This document shows, one piece after another, positions 1-13,648 of a stretch of 64,000 nucleotides of DNA. The stretch's first letter is position 1; every line of letters starts with the position of its first letter. The notes under the pieces are model-generated. The model was not told the DNA's origin. It saw nothing but the letters and a program-made list of their open reading frames with translations, and did no database searches. The stretch is from Yuukianura sp. NJ FZ-2021 (taxonomy: Eukaryota). The position numbers and the translations under genes were made by a program. The DNA lies in contig CM102284.1 in NCBI GenBank assembly GCA_046563655.1, positions 1,550,001 to 1,614,000 of the forward strand, written 5' to 3'.

Positions 1-1165
1 ACAGTATTTCATCAACTGATGGACGAGTCACTGCTGCTAGACGGAAGTGTTGCAAAAATGGCGCCAAATTTCGACTCGTTTCAGATTTGGTGGTTTCCCA
101 GTTCTGGCAAAATTGTACTCGGAACCGGGAATTACACGAGTTGTGACACCCCCGGAGAAGCAGTTTCAAATTTTATACCAAACATGCACACTCTCGCAAT
201 TGCTGCCGGCAGCATAGTGCTGGAATTCTCGCAAATACTGGCAAGTACCAGTCTGATACGCAGTATTGAAAAGTTGACTGAACTTTTATTACATTCGGAC
301 GCATTCGGCAAACCGCCGATTTATTCCGAAGATGGACATCATATCACAAATCCCGCAACGGGATATGCTTGGAAGCTGCAGTCGAGTTTGTGTAGAAGCG
401 ACGGCTGGTATAGATGTCCTTGGTTGAATGGTGATTGGTCACTAGGTCCCGAAGAGAGTTCAATGGCCTTTGACCTTTCGGAGTTTAGTGGAGTCATGAA
501 CATGATGTACAGAGTGGTTCAGCAGAATCCATCCTTGTTTCCAGCAATTGGAGTTTACATTAGATTTGCAAAGGCCTCTCCGGCAACAATGGCAATTTCG
601 GCGGGAAGGCCTACTTTCAGCGTCGAGTGGGCTGCGCCCATGCGCCTTGATTCGTTCAATTCTGCCCGCCATGGACTTGGCCCACAGCAGGCAATTCTGC
701 AGGAAATGGTAAATTTTGGCAACAAATTTATAATGCTTTAACAAATCGATTTTTTTTAATTTTCAAAACGCCTTAAACCTGTAGGTGGACAACTTTGGCG
801 GGCGACCGCATTGGGGTAAAAATGGGCAGCATTATTTTTCGGACCAAGTTTTAAGCCGAACAGTTCCGAATAGAAACGAATTCGTTCGTGCTATGCAGAA
901 GTACGATCCAAATGGTTTGTTTTTGAATACTTTTGGAAGGCGCATGCTCGGTGTAGATGACAAACAAGATCGGGATCCCAGAGTAACTCGCTGTGCATTA
1001 CAAGATCATTGCATCTGTGCACATGATAATGACTGTGGGAGGTTCCAAAAGTGCGGCAAAATCAACCAATTTCAAGTATGTTTGGACTTAGATTGGCAGG
1101 ATTTGGCAAGTGACTTAAAAAATTCTGCACAACGTGTGTTACGACAGGTAATCAGCATTCTATAA
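1..1165 (+). CDS. L-gulonolactone oxidase-like FAD oxidoreductase, copy 1 (5' end outside window; exons <1-708, 785-1165)
   Basis: ALO-type C-terminal domain with YIRFAKAS, FGGRPHWGKN and KYDPNGLFLN, and a Cys-rich tail CALQDHCICAHDNDC. GT-AG intron 709-784 joins the two ORFs in frame. Paralogous to the gene at 1721-3608. Confidence 0.8.
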
Positions 1166-1720
1166 CAAGTAAACAGCCAAATATTCCGACCTGGGCTCGA
1201 ACCCGAGTCCCTATTCCAGAGGAAAGAGCCAAAAAAATTTTTGTAAATAATTTAAATATTTTTTATGTCAAATCTTCAACAGATAACTTCCAGATTGTGT
1301 GACATAACATGCTAAACATATTTTATGTTGAAGAATCCGACAATTTTTTTTTCATTTTTCTGGAGTGTGGCTATACCGACACCCGAAACTACTGTAGAAA
1401 TTTTTTTTTGAATATACAGAATAAGATTTCTTTTTTAAATTGGAAAACTTGACGACAGGCTGAGCATATTCCCTCGTGAGTCACATAAGTCCAATTAGAT
1501 CAATTGAATATGATTTGACTCATGTAAGAATTTGGTTGATTTAGTTGATTATGTAGACATTGAATTATGCATTACATATAATTCAATTACATGATTTTCA
1601 TTATGTAAATTAAATTACATTAGCAGAATTAATATTCACCGAATTACATAAGCTCAATTACAATAGCCGAACTTACATAAATTCAGTTACATCAATTCAA
1701 TCAGGCTAAGCCTTAATCTT

Positions 1721-3608
1721 TTAACCTAAAATTCCCGAAAGGAGTTTCTTAGTGATACAAGCCTTAGTATTTGAATACCCAGCTATGCTGCTACAAACTT
1801 GTCCTGCTGCGCAGTCGCTGTCTTTGGAACAAATACAGTTGTCCAATAGAGCGCAATGTGCTAGTGCTTGTGGGTCGATGTCATTGGCGTCACTGTCACC
1901 TCTAAGTCGATGCCCAAAGTCATTTAGAAAAACACCGTTTGGATCATACTTATTCATCAGATTCAAAAATTCCTGTTTCGCTCCAGCATCCAAATTTAAA
2001 TCCAAATTTTGCCTGTTATGGTAAACAGCTCCAGATTTTCCCCAGTGCGATTTTCCACCATATTTGAGCATCTGTAATTCAAATTTACAAAAATCAAAAC
2101 ATTTTTGGAAAAACATAAAAAAACATCAAAGTTTGCAGCTTTTTTACCATTGTTTGGAGTATTGTTTGGTATGCTGCGAGTCCCGGGGTGGCTTTATCGT
2201 ATAAATCAGGTCTCATTGGCATGTAGAATTCAAAATGGCATGTTTCTTGTTGGTATGCCGCTGACATGTAGGTTTCACTTGGAGCCGAAAAACGCATCAG
2301 AATTCCTTGAACTGGAAACGCCGCAGGGTATTTAGTTATAATGTCCTTCACCGTCTGAACTAATGCCGGTACATGTGAAGTAGCCACAGAAAATTCGTTG
2401 TCAAGTTGGCTCAGCGCTGGAGTTTGTTTCCATGGACACTGCCAGAAGCCAGTATCGTTGCAAATTGGGGCAAACATTTCATGGTAGTAGCCAACAGCAG
2501 GATTTGCAAAAGTTAGCATATTCTGTGTATCGTAGGTGTAGATCGGTGCAAAAGTCGGTACGAGTCGGAATAGCGTTTCATAAGAAAGTAGTTCTATACC
2601 ATGCATAGTTGTGTAGGCTGCATCTGGTAGTCGGAGGTCCTCGGATTCATATGCGGTATTGAGAGCCGTGTCGGCAGCGGTATTAAATACCGAGTTGGTC
2701 GACGGTACGTGATCGTTTGTTATGGCTTCTCCTGGTGTGTCGACATCAACAATTGTCCAGTTAGCCATCACGATTTTTGATAAAGATGGAAACCAGTAGA
2801 GCGACATTTGGTCAGCTTGGCGTACCGTATCGATAAAAGTACCGTCAAAAAGCATCTGATCCGAAACAACGGTATTGTGGCCCTGAACTTTATAGAGCGG
2901 TTCGGTTCGAAGGGTAATGCTGACGACTATTCCGAGAAGACCAAGGTGGACTCGAAACCCGGCCAGGTCAGGGTTACCTTCAACAATAGTCTGAAGGTCA
3001 CCGTTGCCATCGATAATGACTACCGCGATTACGTGTTCTGATATTGAGCTTGGATATTTTATAGAAGAGCCATGCGCGCCTGTTCCAATTGCCCCACCGA
3101 TAGTGATTGCACCATAAGCCGGTGTAGTTTTAAGTCCTCTGCCATTGGATTTTAAAAATTCGGCCAATTCACGAAGTGTGACTCCCGGCTCCACTGTGAC
3201 AGTTTGGTCCGGGTTCATCCCCATGCCAACCATTCCCGTCATGTCCAGTGGAATGCCATTGGTACAGATGACGTCAGTTGCGGAATGGCGGATACCAACA
3301 GCCTTTACAGTCTTACCATTGTTGATGGCAAATCTGACAACTTCTTGAACTTGATCAAGTGACGTTGGTTTAACAAATTCAGAAGCCGGAGTACATACTG
3401 GGCCTTTGTAGTATGGACTGTAGTTCAATGTAGATTGAGGACTACAAAAAAGTTGATTTAAATCATTAATTTTTAGAAAATTTTGAAAATTTCTGATTTA
3501 AAAATTTTGAAATATGAGTTTTGTATTTTCTAAAATGCACTTTTGAAAACGTTACCCCGTGGAACACTGGATGCCTAGCACAGAAAATATGAGGCAGATT
3601 GGCGACAT
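1721..3608 (-). CDS. L-gulonolactone oxidase-like FAD oxidoreductase, copy 2, probably secreted (exons 3608-3556, 3441-2148, 2071-1721)
   Basis: Signal-like MSPICLIFSVLGIQCSTG. FAD-binding PCMH motifs VKAVGIRHS (His at the covalent-FAD position), TVEPGVTL and TIGGAIGTGAHGSS. Also HWGKS, KYDPNGVFLN and CALLDNCICSKDSDC. Canonical splice sites keep the frame. Confidence 0.85.
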
Positions 3609-5178
3609 GACTAAAAGAAAGGTGGGTTGACAAATAAAAACTGTACGGTATGTACTATGGCGCGTTTAAGTACCAATTTCAAAACTTAAATGTGGGATGA
3701 CGACAGGAATTTTTGCGACCTTGCTGAAGGTTAATAAATTAACTTTTTAGTTCACCATTCATGCACATCGGCATTTCAATTATTATACAGTTTACCATAG
3801 TGGTTCTGCACACGCGCTGAACTTTGACCCATCTTGCGCAATGGCAATGGTTTGCAACCAAAAGTGTTGTAAAATTCGTTACACATTTTCAAGCTTCTAT
3901 ATGTTTTGTCATGCATGCAAGCTGCTGGAATTTCCAATTTATAAAAGCAACTTCATCTAACATATTTGCATCAGGAGCGTGCCTGATTTGTAGGTCACGT
4001 AAGGTCACATCGGACAGACATAAAATCCGACTCCATCTGTCAAATTCTTGGAAGTTAAAATCTATGACAGTACAAATGCTTGAAACGATAAAAGTAAAGT
4101 CGATTAGTAGTAATAAAATAACGTAGATATCATTTTAGTTGCGCATAGTGTGACTTGATTTTGACAAATTTGGCAAAAGTTTGAGGTTGGCTTGACGTAT
4201 ACAAACAAGGTTCCTTGACAATGAAAAATGAATTTTCTTTAACAGGTTGAGTACTACCTCACTTGTTGACAAAAAAAATTGGAACCATCTTTGGTACCAA
4301 TCCAAAAAATTGGTGCCAACGCATATAATGCTTAAATTGACCTTAGGTTTTCAGTTGATAATAATTCCCAACACAATTTCCAGTTGATAATAATTCCCGA
4401 GATGGAGTAGCACTTAATGCAATATGGCTGTTGATACAATGGCAGTTAATACAATTCAAGTAACACAATGGCATGTACCCGAATTAACTTCTGTTTCAGA
4501 GTACAAAGTTCAAACTTTGGAAGAATTGAAACAAACTGAAGATCAAAATTAAGAAACCCACTCAGCATAATTAATTTTGATTGTTTTTGTTGTAAAACGT
4601 TGTTTACTTTTGTACACAAAACATCATGAATTAATGAAATATTGCTTTTTAAAGCAATTTTTTGCAAGGTACATCGGAAATTAATTATTCAAAACTTTGT
4701 TGACTGTGCTATTTGTGTAGCTTAATTTAAACTTATCCGTCTTTCTGCTCTTCTGCAAGAAAACGAGTATGATTGATGATGCCAGTTTAATCCAGGTTTC
4801 AGTTTTTCTTATCAAAAAAAACCATAAAAACAAATGGAAAAAATGAATTGTACTCTTTATGCTGCTTTGCTGTAGTAGCAGTAGCTAATTTCTGACTTTG
4901 CCATAATCGACCTATACAAATTTTTTGTCTCTACACAGGTTATCCTTCAAAACTTTCTGTTCACATCATAACTTTTGGAACTTTTAAGGAAATGCATTGC
5001 ACAGAAGTTGGCTTAATTTCTGTTCCCACTCTGAGCAAATTAGTTCTGGAAAAATTGCTAGTGTTGAAATCAAGTTTTCCGAATTTAATGAATTTAATTG
5101 TGGCCTACACGGTTTCAACGTGACTTAAATTTTCAAAATTTTACGTTAATAATAAATAAATTCAAAATTTTTAAAGAA

Positions 5179-6150
5179 ATGAATCTCTCTACGCTGTTTC
5201 TTCATCTCTTACTGTTCCTCGTTTTCTACATCTGCACAAAATCAGTCGCCGAAGGTAAAGTTGTCTTTTTTAAAAAACTAAAAATAGGAAATTTCAAAAA
5301 CCGATGTTTGTGTATTTCAGAGGAAGAATTTATTGGTCCAATTCGTAAATGTAGAAAGGGAACTGACGAGCAAGTGAATGCTTGTTTTCGAAGGATTTTG
5401 GCAGATTTGAAACCGAAATTAGCAGCGGGAGTTCCAGAAATTGGATTGCAACCATTAGATCCATTTCAAATTCAAAAGCTGAAGTTTTCCCAAGGTCGTG
5501 GAGCACTTGTCATCAAAGCACTTTTTTCAAATATCACAGTTCGCCACTTTTCGGAATTTGAAAATGGAGAATTCAAAATCAATTCCCGGGAAAAACGGCT
5601 TAACTTTTTCATGGACGTGCCAAAACTGAGACTTGACGGAACTTATAGCTTAGAGGGAAAAGTTTTATTGTTTCCACTGGGCGGGACTGGACCATACTGG
5701 ATAGAATTGGGTAAATTCTTAACAATATTTTCCAAAAAGTTTTTGTTTCAATTTTTTCTTTCAAAAAAATTTTAGGTGGTGTGGTAGCCCAAGGATTTTG
5801 TGGTTTGAAAGTAGCAGAAGATGAAAGTCTTGGAAGATTTGTGCAAGTTGACAAAGTCCATTTGGAATTGACAATTCGCGATATCAAAGTTGAACTATTA
5901 AATCTTTTCAATGGAAATCCAGTGTTAGGTAAACTAGAATTTTCGAAATTTATAAAATTTTGAAATTTCAAATGCTTCACGAATTTACACTTTCTCAGGC
6001 CCAGTCGTGAACAACATTTTGAATGAAAACGCGCAAGACTTGTTCAAGGAAATGAAACCAGAAATTGTGAAAGTAGTATCCAACATTGTCATGAGCATTT
6101 CAAATAGCATAATCAAAAATATGGCGTTCCTTGTTCCAATTGTAGAGTAA
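5179..6150 (+). CDS. Takeout / juvenile-hormone-binding (JHBP) family protein (exons 5179-5254, 5321-5710, 5776-5928, 5999-6150)
   Basis: Signal peptide, two N-terminal Cys (KCRKG...NACF), GVPEIGLQPLDP, GKVLLFPLGGTG and NLFNGNPVLGPVVNNILNEN. GT-AG introns in frame. Confidence 0.88.
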
Positions 6151-6354
6151 CTTTTCAATATTAGTAAGTTATAATTTCCAAAATTTAAAAAAAAATGAGT
6201 ACCTTTCAAAAAATTTAATGTTACTAAATGATCTAACCTTCACTCATGAGATCAATGTCATTGGTCTACTGCCATATTCACTTCCTGGTGTGCATCATCT
6301 TTAACTAGAAATAAAAGTGGTTCACCTAGACATAATTCGCAAGAAGTTAAATTT

Positions 6355-6480
6355 TTTCAAGTTCATTTGCGCATGAACTGTGCATCTTTTGCTATGTCAA
6401 GTTCATTTGCACATGTGCTCTTAGGCCGGTCAGCCTTCATCTGCGCATGGGCTTTATTATGCCCTGTCAAGTTCAATTGA
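6355..6480. repeat. Degenerate ~35-40 bp tandem repeat (core TCAAGTTCATTTGCGCATG, ~4 copies)
   Basis: Core motif recurs at about 6357, 6397, 6430 and 6467. Confidence 0.5.
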
Positions 6481-7974
6481 ATGTCCAATGCTCAAATCTT
6501 AAAATCTTGGTTTGATTTAAATTTCAATTAGTTTCCGCATTATGTAAAAGTTTCGCACTGGAAAAAGCACACGGTTCGAGTGGGGTAAGGTTTAACGACT
6601 GCATATTTATACTGCATACTGAATATTTATTTATACCAGGATTTATTTTTAATACCTAAATCGAAAAGCCTTCAACATAGCCTGCAGGCAAAGTGTTCAG
6701 AAACTTCCAAAATATTATCCGTTTACACTTTTACAGAACAGCGTCTTACCTTGAAATCAAAGACATTTTGCCATTTTTTTTTTGGCGCGAAAGAGGTTCT
6801 ATATTTATAATACCAGCGGACTAGATTATGGTTTCCTGTTTCACCACAATACCAACGACAGACAGCGAGAAAAGCATTTGGATGATAACCGAAGCAGAGT
6901 AAACTCCGATTTGAAAATAAGACTGGGTCATCGATTCCAAGGTTTGTTAATTTGATTTTCTTTAACAGGTTGAGTGATACTTCCTGTGTTTTCGATTTTG
7001 CAAGAAAGGTGTCCATTCATTCATGGGGTCCTTCATGTCATGTTTTTGAGGTATACACGGTTGTCAAGTCCACAAAATACAACATTTGCACCTTAGTAGA
7101 ATTGTTTGTTTTAGTTCTAAGTTTGTAATTTTTGGCCGAATTCGGATTTTAGGACAACTGGAAATCCAAGGAAGCTGCTGAACTGGCAAATTCCAATTTA
7201 TATCACTTCTAGCAATGTGCATTCTGACAATGTCTGTCCAGCAGTTTTTGAAAAATGTCATCGTTTTTAGCTGAACCTGATGAGCATACGACCCAAGTAC
7301 TTCAGGAATATCAAAAGATTGCAGTGGAATTTTACAAATAAAAATTTTCAAAATTTTCATTTTGACGGTTTTAAGGAAAAAGAAAGTCAGAGAGTTTAAT
7401 ATTAAAAAGAGGTACCTGCTCGATACAAATACTGACATAAAGGAATAGTAAAGATAGATTTTTTTTTTCATTATACATATGTTTTGTTACTTTTGCATCC
7501 TCTGATTAGGCATGGCTTACCTACATCGAACATTATCTCCACACACGCGAGCGTTTCATACTATAATTTTTCTTTTCAATTGCCACCCCTTGCACGTGGC
7601 TAAGTAAAGGCTATTTACCAAAAATTCGCTTTCAGCTATTTTAGGCTTACAATACTTTGCGTGTCGTGTAATTGGATGATACGTAATTGCAGTTCAAAAT
7701 CTATTTCCTACTACAAACGATTAAAATTGGGGGTTTCCGTATGCAATATGTTTACTTGTTTCTATAGACACGTCGACATTCAACGGTCTAACTAATCGTA
7801 AATGTTAAGTTGAAAACAGGCTATCTGAGACAAAATATTACTTCAAAATTATTAGTCCTACAAGATGCTTCAAAGCAGATGCTGGTTGTCCTTGTTTATT
7901 TTTAATTACCTTAAAAGCAAAGGACGCCGGCAGGTATTTTCATGCTTGCTACAATATATTCATATTCATTTTGA

Positions 7975-8150
7975 TACCAACTACTATATACAGACTGTAT
8001 GCGTTCATACTATATGCTATACACATACTGCATACTACATACAATCACATTATATACTATGTACATACTTAATACTATATACAGTCATATATACTTTATA
8101 CATACAGTATTATCTATTTATTCCTACTATATACATTCGGTATAACTACT
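7975..8150. repeat. Low-complexity (TATAC/CATAC)-like microsatellite
   Basis: Visible degenerate pentamer run; explains the Tyr/Ile/Thr-rich ORF 7865-8158. Confidence 0.7.
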
Positions 8151-8784
8151 CTGTTTAGGCAACAAACTTAAAAACGATGTAGCTAAATTTTGAATAATAT
8201 TCTTTTGTATGTGTTGATAAATTTTGTTTAAAAGGTAAGGATAAGGTCAATTACGGTTTGCAGATTGATACCTCCACAAATGGTGAGTAAATACTACTTG
8301 GAGTCTCAAACAAGAAGTTGCCCAACTCTGAGATCAATCGCTTTCAAACGGCAACATTGTACATGTTGTGGCTTTTTACACATAGATTTAAAAATTCAAA
8401 TATCAACCACATAGGATTTTGGAATAGCACCTTACTTTGTAACCTAAAAATAGGAATAGCGTTGAATTTTAGCATTAGGGTTATAGTAGCGTCCTAAGAG
8501 ACAACCAAAAGGAAAAAACTCAACACACAATCGCAATAGCATATAGTCCTTAGAGTACAATTTATAGTCACCATCTTCACATCAATTCAGTCAGTCACTC
8601 TCAATTCAATTCCACTTTTTAACAATTCTCAATATTCAGTATTTTTAGTAATTAAATGAATCAGTATCATTTCAATTCATCTTCACGCTCTCCCAATTGA
8701 TCATTTGCAACAAGGAGCAACAGTATTTGTACATATAGTACGAATATTGTTGCAACGCCGGCGACAACTAATTAAAAGAATAAG

Positions 8785-10343
8785 TTACACTGTAAGAATA
8801 AGGTTGATGACATTTTGCAGTACAATGTCTCCATAAATTGTAAGGAGGTAACTTTTGGTGTCCAACACAAAATGTTCTCCAACTTTGAGTTCAATTGGTT
8901 TCCTTGAAATCCAAAACTTTTTGGAAAATGGCGTGGAGTTGCGCAACATAAATTTACCAACATAGCAACACTTGCTAGAATTGTCGCGACAGAGCACAGC
9001 TAAAGTGATTGATTCCGTGAGGATAAAAATTATTATAATGCCAACCAGGAGGAAAAAGAACAGGATGATGAGATATTGGAGATTGAGAAGTTTGACCAAA
9101 GCATAACAAAATAATATGAGTATAATAACTGCAGTGTACAGTATAAATGCGACGACGGCTGCAAACACATCGTTTCCAAACTTGTTCATGGCCTGATGAC
9201 ATGCGTATATAGAACGCTGCTCGTTTAGCTTTGCCCCTTCTTCCATCGTTTTACTATCCAGGACAACATACTTTGTTTTGGTTTTTTTTTTCTTTTCCAA
9301 AATTTAAAAATAAAAACGAATACTATTGTTACCTCAATTTTTGAAGCCAAAGGCGGGTTGCATTGGTGTACATTATGGCGCATATGGCAAAGAGGAACGC
9401 AATATATACTCCATGGAGAAATGCCATAGAGAAGGCTGTCGCAGCTATGAAACATACCATGGTAACGATAAGCCTACCAACATCCAGTCCAAAGCAATAA
9501 AACAAAATTGTTTGGACTATGACGTAATACGTTTCACTTATTCTGTGGTCGAGTACTACAAAGAATACTATAGCCGCCGGTGCGAAAAGTATTCGGCCAC
9601 AAAAAAATATTGCAAGGATTGATCTTAGCACAGCTTCATACCCATCCGGTTCAGTTGACCTTTGTGAAACCTTGTAAGATTTGACTAAAAAACAAAATTA
9701 AACATTATTTCGAAAAATTGTTTTACAGGATATGGCATGTAAAAGTAAACTTCTGAAATTCGTTGCTATGGGCAAGTTTGACCCAAAACTGTAAATAATG
9801 TAGTGAAAATCGTACCAAATAATGACAGAACTTTTGATTTTAGAATTTGCAAGGCAACTTTTTTGGTTTTCATAATATTTGCTACAGCTCCCTATAACTT
9901 TGTAAATAAACAACCAAATTATTCTTCCAGCGTTTACTTTTACGTGCCACACCCTGTACTACTTGCAAATATAGAGGATTAAACTTACGCAGTGAATTAT
10001 GGAATTTTATGAATGTTGATAATATTGCTGAAATTTGTTCAATGTATGTAAAATACCAAATTTCCAGTCCACACCACCATACGTTGGCAGCAATAGTCCC
10101 AAGAACAAACAAGAGCTCTTTTTGTTCTCCTTGTAGTAGCACAGCACCAATAACAAAAATTGTAATACAGACGCAGTTTATTCCAAGGCTCACTCCAGTA
10201 ATTGACTTGGGAATAATTGAGTCCTTGTATATATTTACTATTAAGTTTTTGTTTTCCCGTACAGTTTTGAAATTATAGATCTTCCAATTGGAACCATTCT
10301 CAAGTAATTGTAGTGCATATTTCCATGTCGTTTGGGATAACAT
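8785..10343 (-). CDS. Divergent 7TM chemoreceptor (gustatory/odorant-receptor-like), about 4 exons
   Basis: Three hydrophobic minus-strand ORFs (9882-10343, 9329-9631, 8785-9300) separated by short AT-rich introns. The C-terminus KFWISRKPIELKVGEHFVLDTKSYLLTIYGDIVLQNVINLILTV resembles the TM7 region of arthropod GR/OR-like proteins. Internal exon borders are approximate. Confidence 0.6.
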
Positions 10344-13300
10344 TTTCCACTGTTGCCAATATGCTACAATACTGAGATATGTGGATACATAAATACTTCG
10401 ACTTCTGAGATACTTGGATGTATTTATTTAACTATCATTGATATGTGTAGAACACCAAACTTTTAAACAAAACAACTTTAATTTTATGATGGTAGTCCAA
10501 AAGTCAATTTCCTGCTATTTGGCAACATTAAATATTGACAAAGTAGGAGTTCTACAAAATGAAAAGTTTTCCATAAAAATTTGGATCTGGAAATTACTTT
10601 TTGTGGTTTATGTCTACTTCGAACATTAAAAAAATCAGCCCGGGATAGTCGCGATGTACAAAAGTAGCGACGGATGTTGTTGGTTGTGTACCAGGACTAT
10701 TACAAATTTATGGCAATTTAATATTCGCGTGAGTAGTAGTGACTGACTAATGGACGGACGGACAGACCGGCTAGGTTAAGTCCTAAGGTAGCTTTTACCT
10801 AATAAATAAAAAATAAATGTAAGAACATTTATTTCATCGTTTGAAATATGCTAAATGGTTTTCTTTCAAACATGGAAAGTTTGTTGATCGTTTCGGTTGC
10901 CATGGAAACCGATGCCAAGTGCAATCCATTTCGTGTGTCGGGTTTGAATTTAATTATTTAAAGAGTTTTTACTAAAGTTGAACCCCATCAAATAGTTTTC
11001 ATAAAAGTAAAAAAAAAAGTAAATGAGGAAATACCGTCGGGAGTCTCAAACATAAAGCTCTCCAACTTTCTAGATCAATCGGCTTGAGACTATTGATTAA
11101 CAAAATTTTTCACAATTACAGAAGCTTACGACAAATGAATTCCTTAAGAATGCCAACAATTGAGAACGTTACACCTACAGCCAGGATCACATAAATTGTT
11201 GAACATTTTTCAGTAAGACACTGGATGTGATGTGCAAATTGTCAAAGTCTTCCCCTTGAAGACTTATGATGTACTGCCTTGTACCAAACCGGATAAGTTC
11301 CATTTCATCTCGTTTCCGATTTCCAGAGTACATGACTTTTGTAGTTTCATTTTTGGCAATTTTAGAAGTTTTTTTAAGGTTTTACTTTTTAGTTCGTCCT
11401 TAAACATTTAAGGACGCCGCTTTGGACAGGACAAAGAAGACACATTTTAAGAAAAATTTGAAAAATAGCTCATTTAAATTTAATAATATTTGTCCATTGT
11501 CGACATCATAACAGAATTTTAGTATCAACCTACTTTTCTTCTTTCCATCAGAATACTACAAACATTTTAAGAAATATAATGGAACAACGTTTTCATAATG
11601 GTTGCGGCAGACTGGGGTGACCTGAGTGATGAGATGACCTCTGACCTCCGCTCGGATGATGCACTACTCAATAAAGTGTCCTTGAACTACTTTCGTCATC
11701 GTCTTCCCATCACGGAAATTTAGTGAGTTGGGTTGGCTATTTCGCTCTACAGAAATCCAGCCCAAAATCGAATTTAAATGATTCGTCGTGAAAATGTTTG
11801 TTGTATATGTTTTTTAAATTTACAGCTGTAATCATTCAATTTTCTAAATTGTTCTCACATGTCGTCACAGAGATCATTGGGCAAAGTTACAGGGTGACGG
11901 CTTCCATAGCAACCAATGAAAAGAGTCCTTAACGCTTAAGTCATTTCCTGTCAAAGTTCATCTCGTTTCACGTCCGAAAGTTAATTAGCAATTCCATTGT
12001 CACCTTGCCAGAAACAATTGAATTTTGATTACGTCTTAGCCTGGGGCTAAACAAACATCGTTAATTAAATTTTAATTACACGTCTAACTTTAGGTTTCGA
12101 TACAATTTGTCCGCATCATCCAAATTTTTCCTGACAACAATAAACATTTTGGGCTATACAAATCCAAAAATAATGAGAACAGAATGTTAACCCAAATTCA
12201 GTTTAAGAAAACAGTGATGTCATGAACGTGTTTGAGATGCAATTTTTCAATATAAAAATGTAAACAATTTGCTAAAAGTCAACAATAATTGAAAGTGTTT
12301 TTGAAAAGTGTACATGATAAATAGACGAATAATTGTAGCTTGTGAGGACTTAAGATGTGGAATTACACAGAGGATGGGCAGAACAACAATAAAAGTGGCA
12401 CAATTAAAGTGGAACAATTAAGATTTTGGTGACTTAAGTTGTCACTTTTTGGCTGAGGGCCCTTAAGGGATCGAGTGGCGAGTGGGTGCTAGAGGTTGTG
12501 CAATTGTTGTCATCATCATATGTAGTACTTGTCACTTGTCAAGAGACAAGGGGATTGAGATCCCACGTCCCTTTGTTAGTTTGCTCGTAAGAGTGGTGAA
12601 AGGGACGTTGATTAAAACTTGATTTTTAATCAACGAAAATCAGGGTTCTAAGGGTCTTGGGCATGAATGTTAGCGGCTTTTGCTCGTAATGAATCAAATA
12701 TGTTTAAAAAAATTGCACAAGAATTTCCATCTAGAGAAATTTTACGTCGAACAAAATTTTTTCAATTTTTGGTGACAGAGTCGTTTTTAAATTTCTTAGA
12801 AGTTCTAAAAAACGGTTGTAAACAGGTATGCACAGAAGTGGCGATAGCTGCATGGATGTACGCCATTAGTTCAAAATTGAATTGGCTCAAGAGCTTCAAT
12901 TTTTCAAAACATTAGGTTGAATTTGTAGATACATTTATACATACTATATGTAGGTTAGCTTTTTGAACCATTTTGTTTTGAACCGAGTTAGTTGAACCAA
13001 TGGCATGGAACCAGTTGCATTGACCTTTGACATCGACACTTGCTAAAGAAGTGAGACGCTCATGGTCAGTTGTCCAATTGTGCTAATCCAGGACATTTTT
13101 AGGAATTTCCGACATGCAACCACGGATGGACAGATAGACGGACAAGGCAGTTCCAAAAAGTAGCTTTTGATGTTTAGTATGGAAAACTTGTATTGGGATA
13201 AAAATTTTAACTTAAATACTGAGATAAGTACTGAAATTAATCAAACTTAAATAAATTAACTTACATTTAAACATAGCCTATGATCATGTAACCTTTGTGA

Positions 13301-13566
13301 TTAGTGTTGCGTGGGTTTGAGACTGTGTTGAACCCTGTATTTGTTAGTGATGCAATGTGTGGCAGTGTGAAGATGTAGTTAGGGTTGCATGTTGCATCAG
13401 GAAGATGTTAGGTGCATTGTAAATGCTAATTGGGCCGTTGGTTAAGTCCCCCAACTTTCTTTTGCACTTTTGGAAGGGAGTCAAAAATAGACAATTATTA
13501 ATCAAGGAAGACGGAGGGGTTCCTCCCTCAGCCCAGAGAAAATCCTTCACAGCCCCACCAAGGAGA

Positions 13567-13572
13567 TATAAA
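13567..13572 (+). promoter_or_regulatory. TATA box of the DUF243/Tweedle gene
   Basis: TATAAA in GAGATATAAAGG, about 80 bp upstream of the ATG at 13649. Confidence 0.6.
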
Positions 13573-13648
13573 GGACCCACGGACCCACGCAGAGCCACTA
13601 CTCACGGCACGAACCAACGACACACGCTAAACTGTCACACCACGGACA

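Noticed and set aside
1170-1240. tRNA-like T-arm/B-box on the minus strand (GGACTCGGGTTCGAGCCCAGGTCGG)
   Set aside because: I could not build a D-arm, anticodon arm or acceptor stem; at most a SINE or tRNA remnant. tRNAscan-SE would settle it.
6720-7470. Short ORFs between takeout and the chemoreceptor
   Set aside because: No recognisable motifs and no consistent exon chain could be assembled.
10630-13170. Scattered short repeat remnants (GGACGGACGGACAGAC at ~10752 and ~13125; GGAGTCTCAAACA..GATCAATCG at ~8300 and ~11040)
   Set aside because: Probably decayed interspersed repeats; ends and family cannot be defined from this window.
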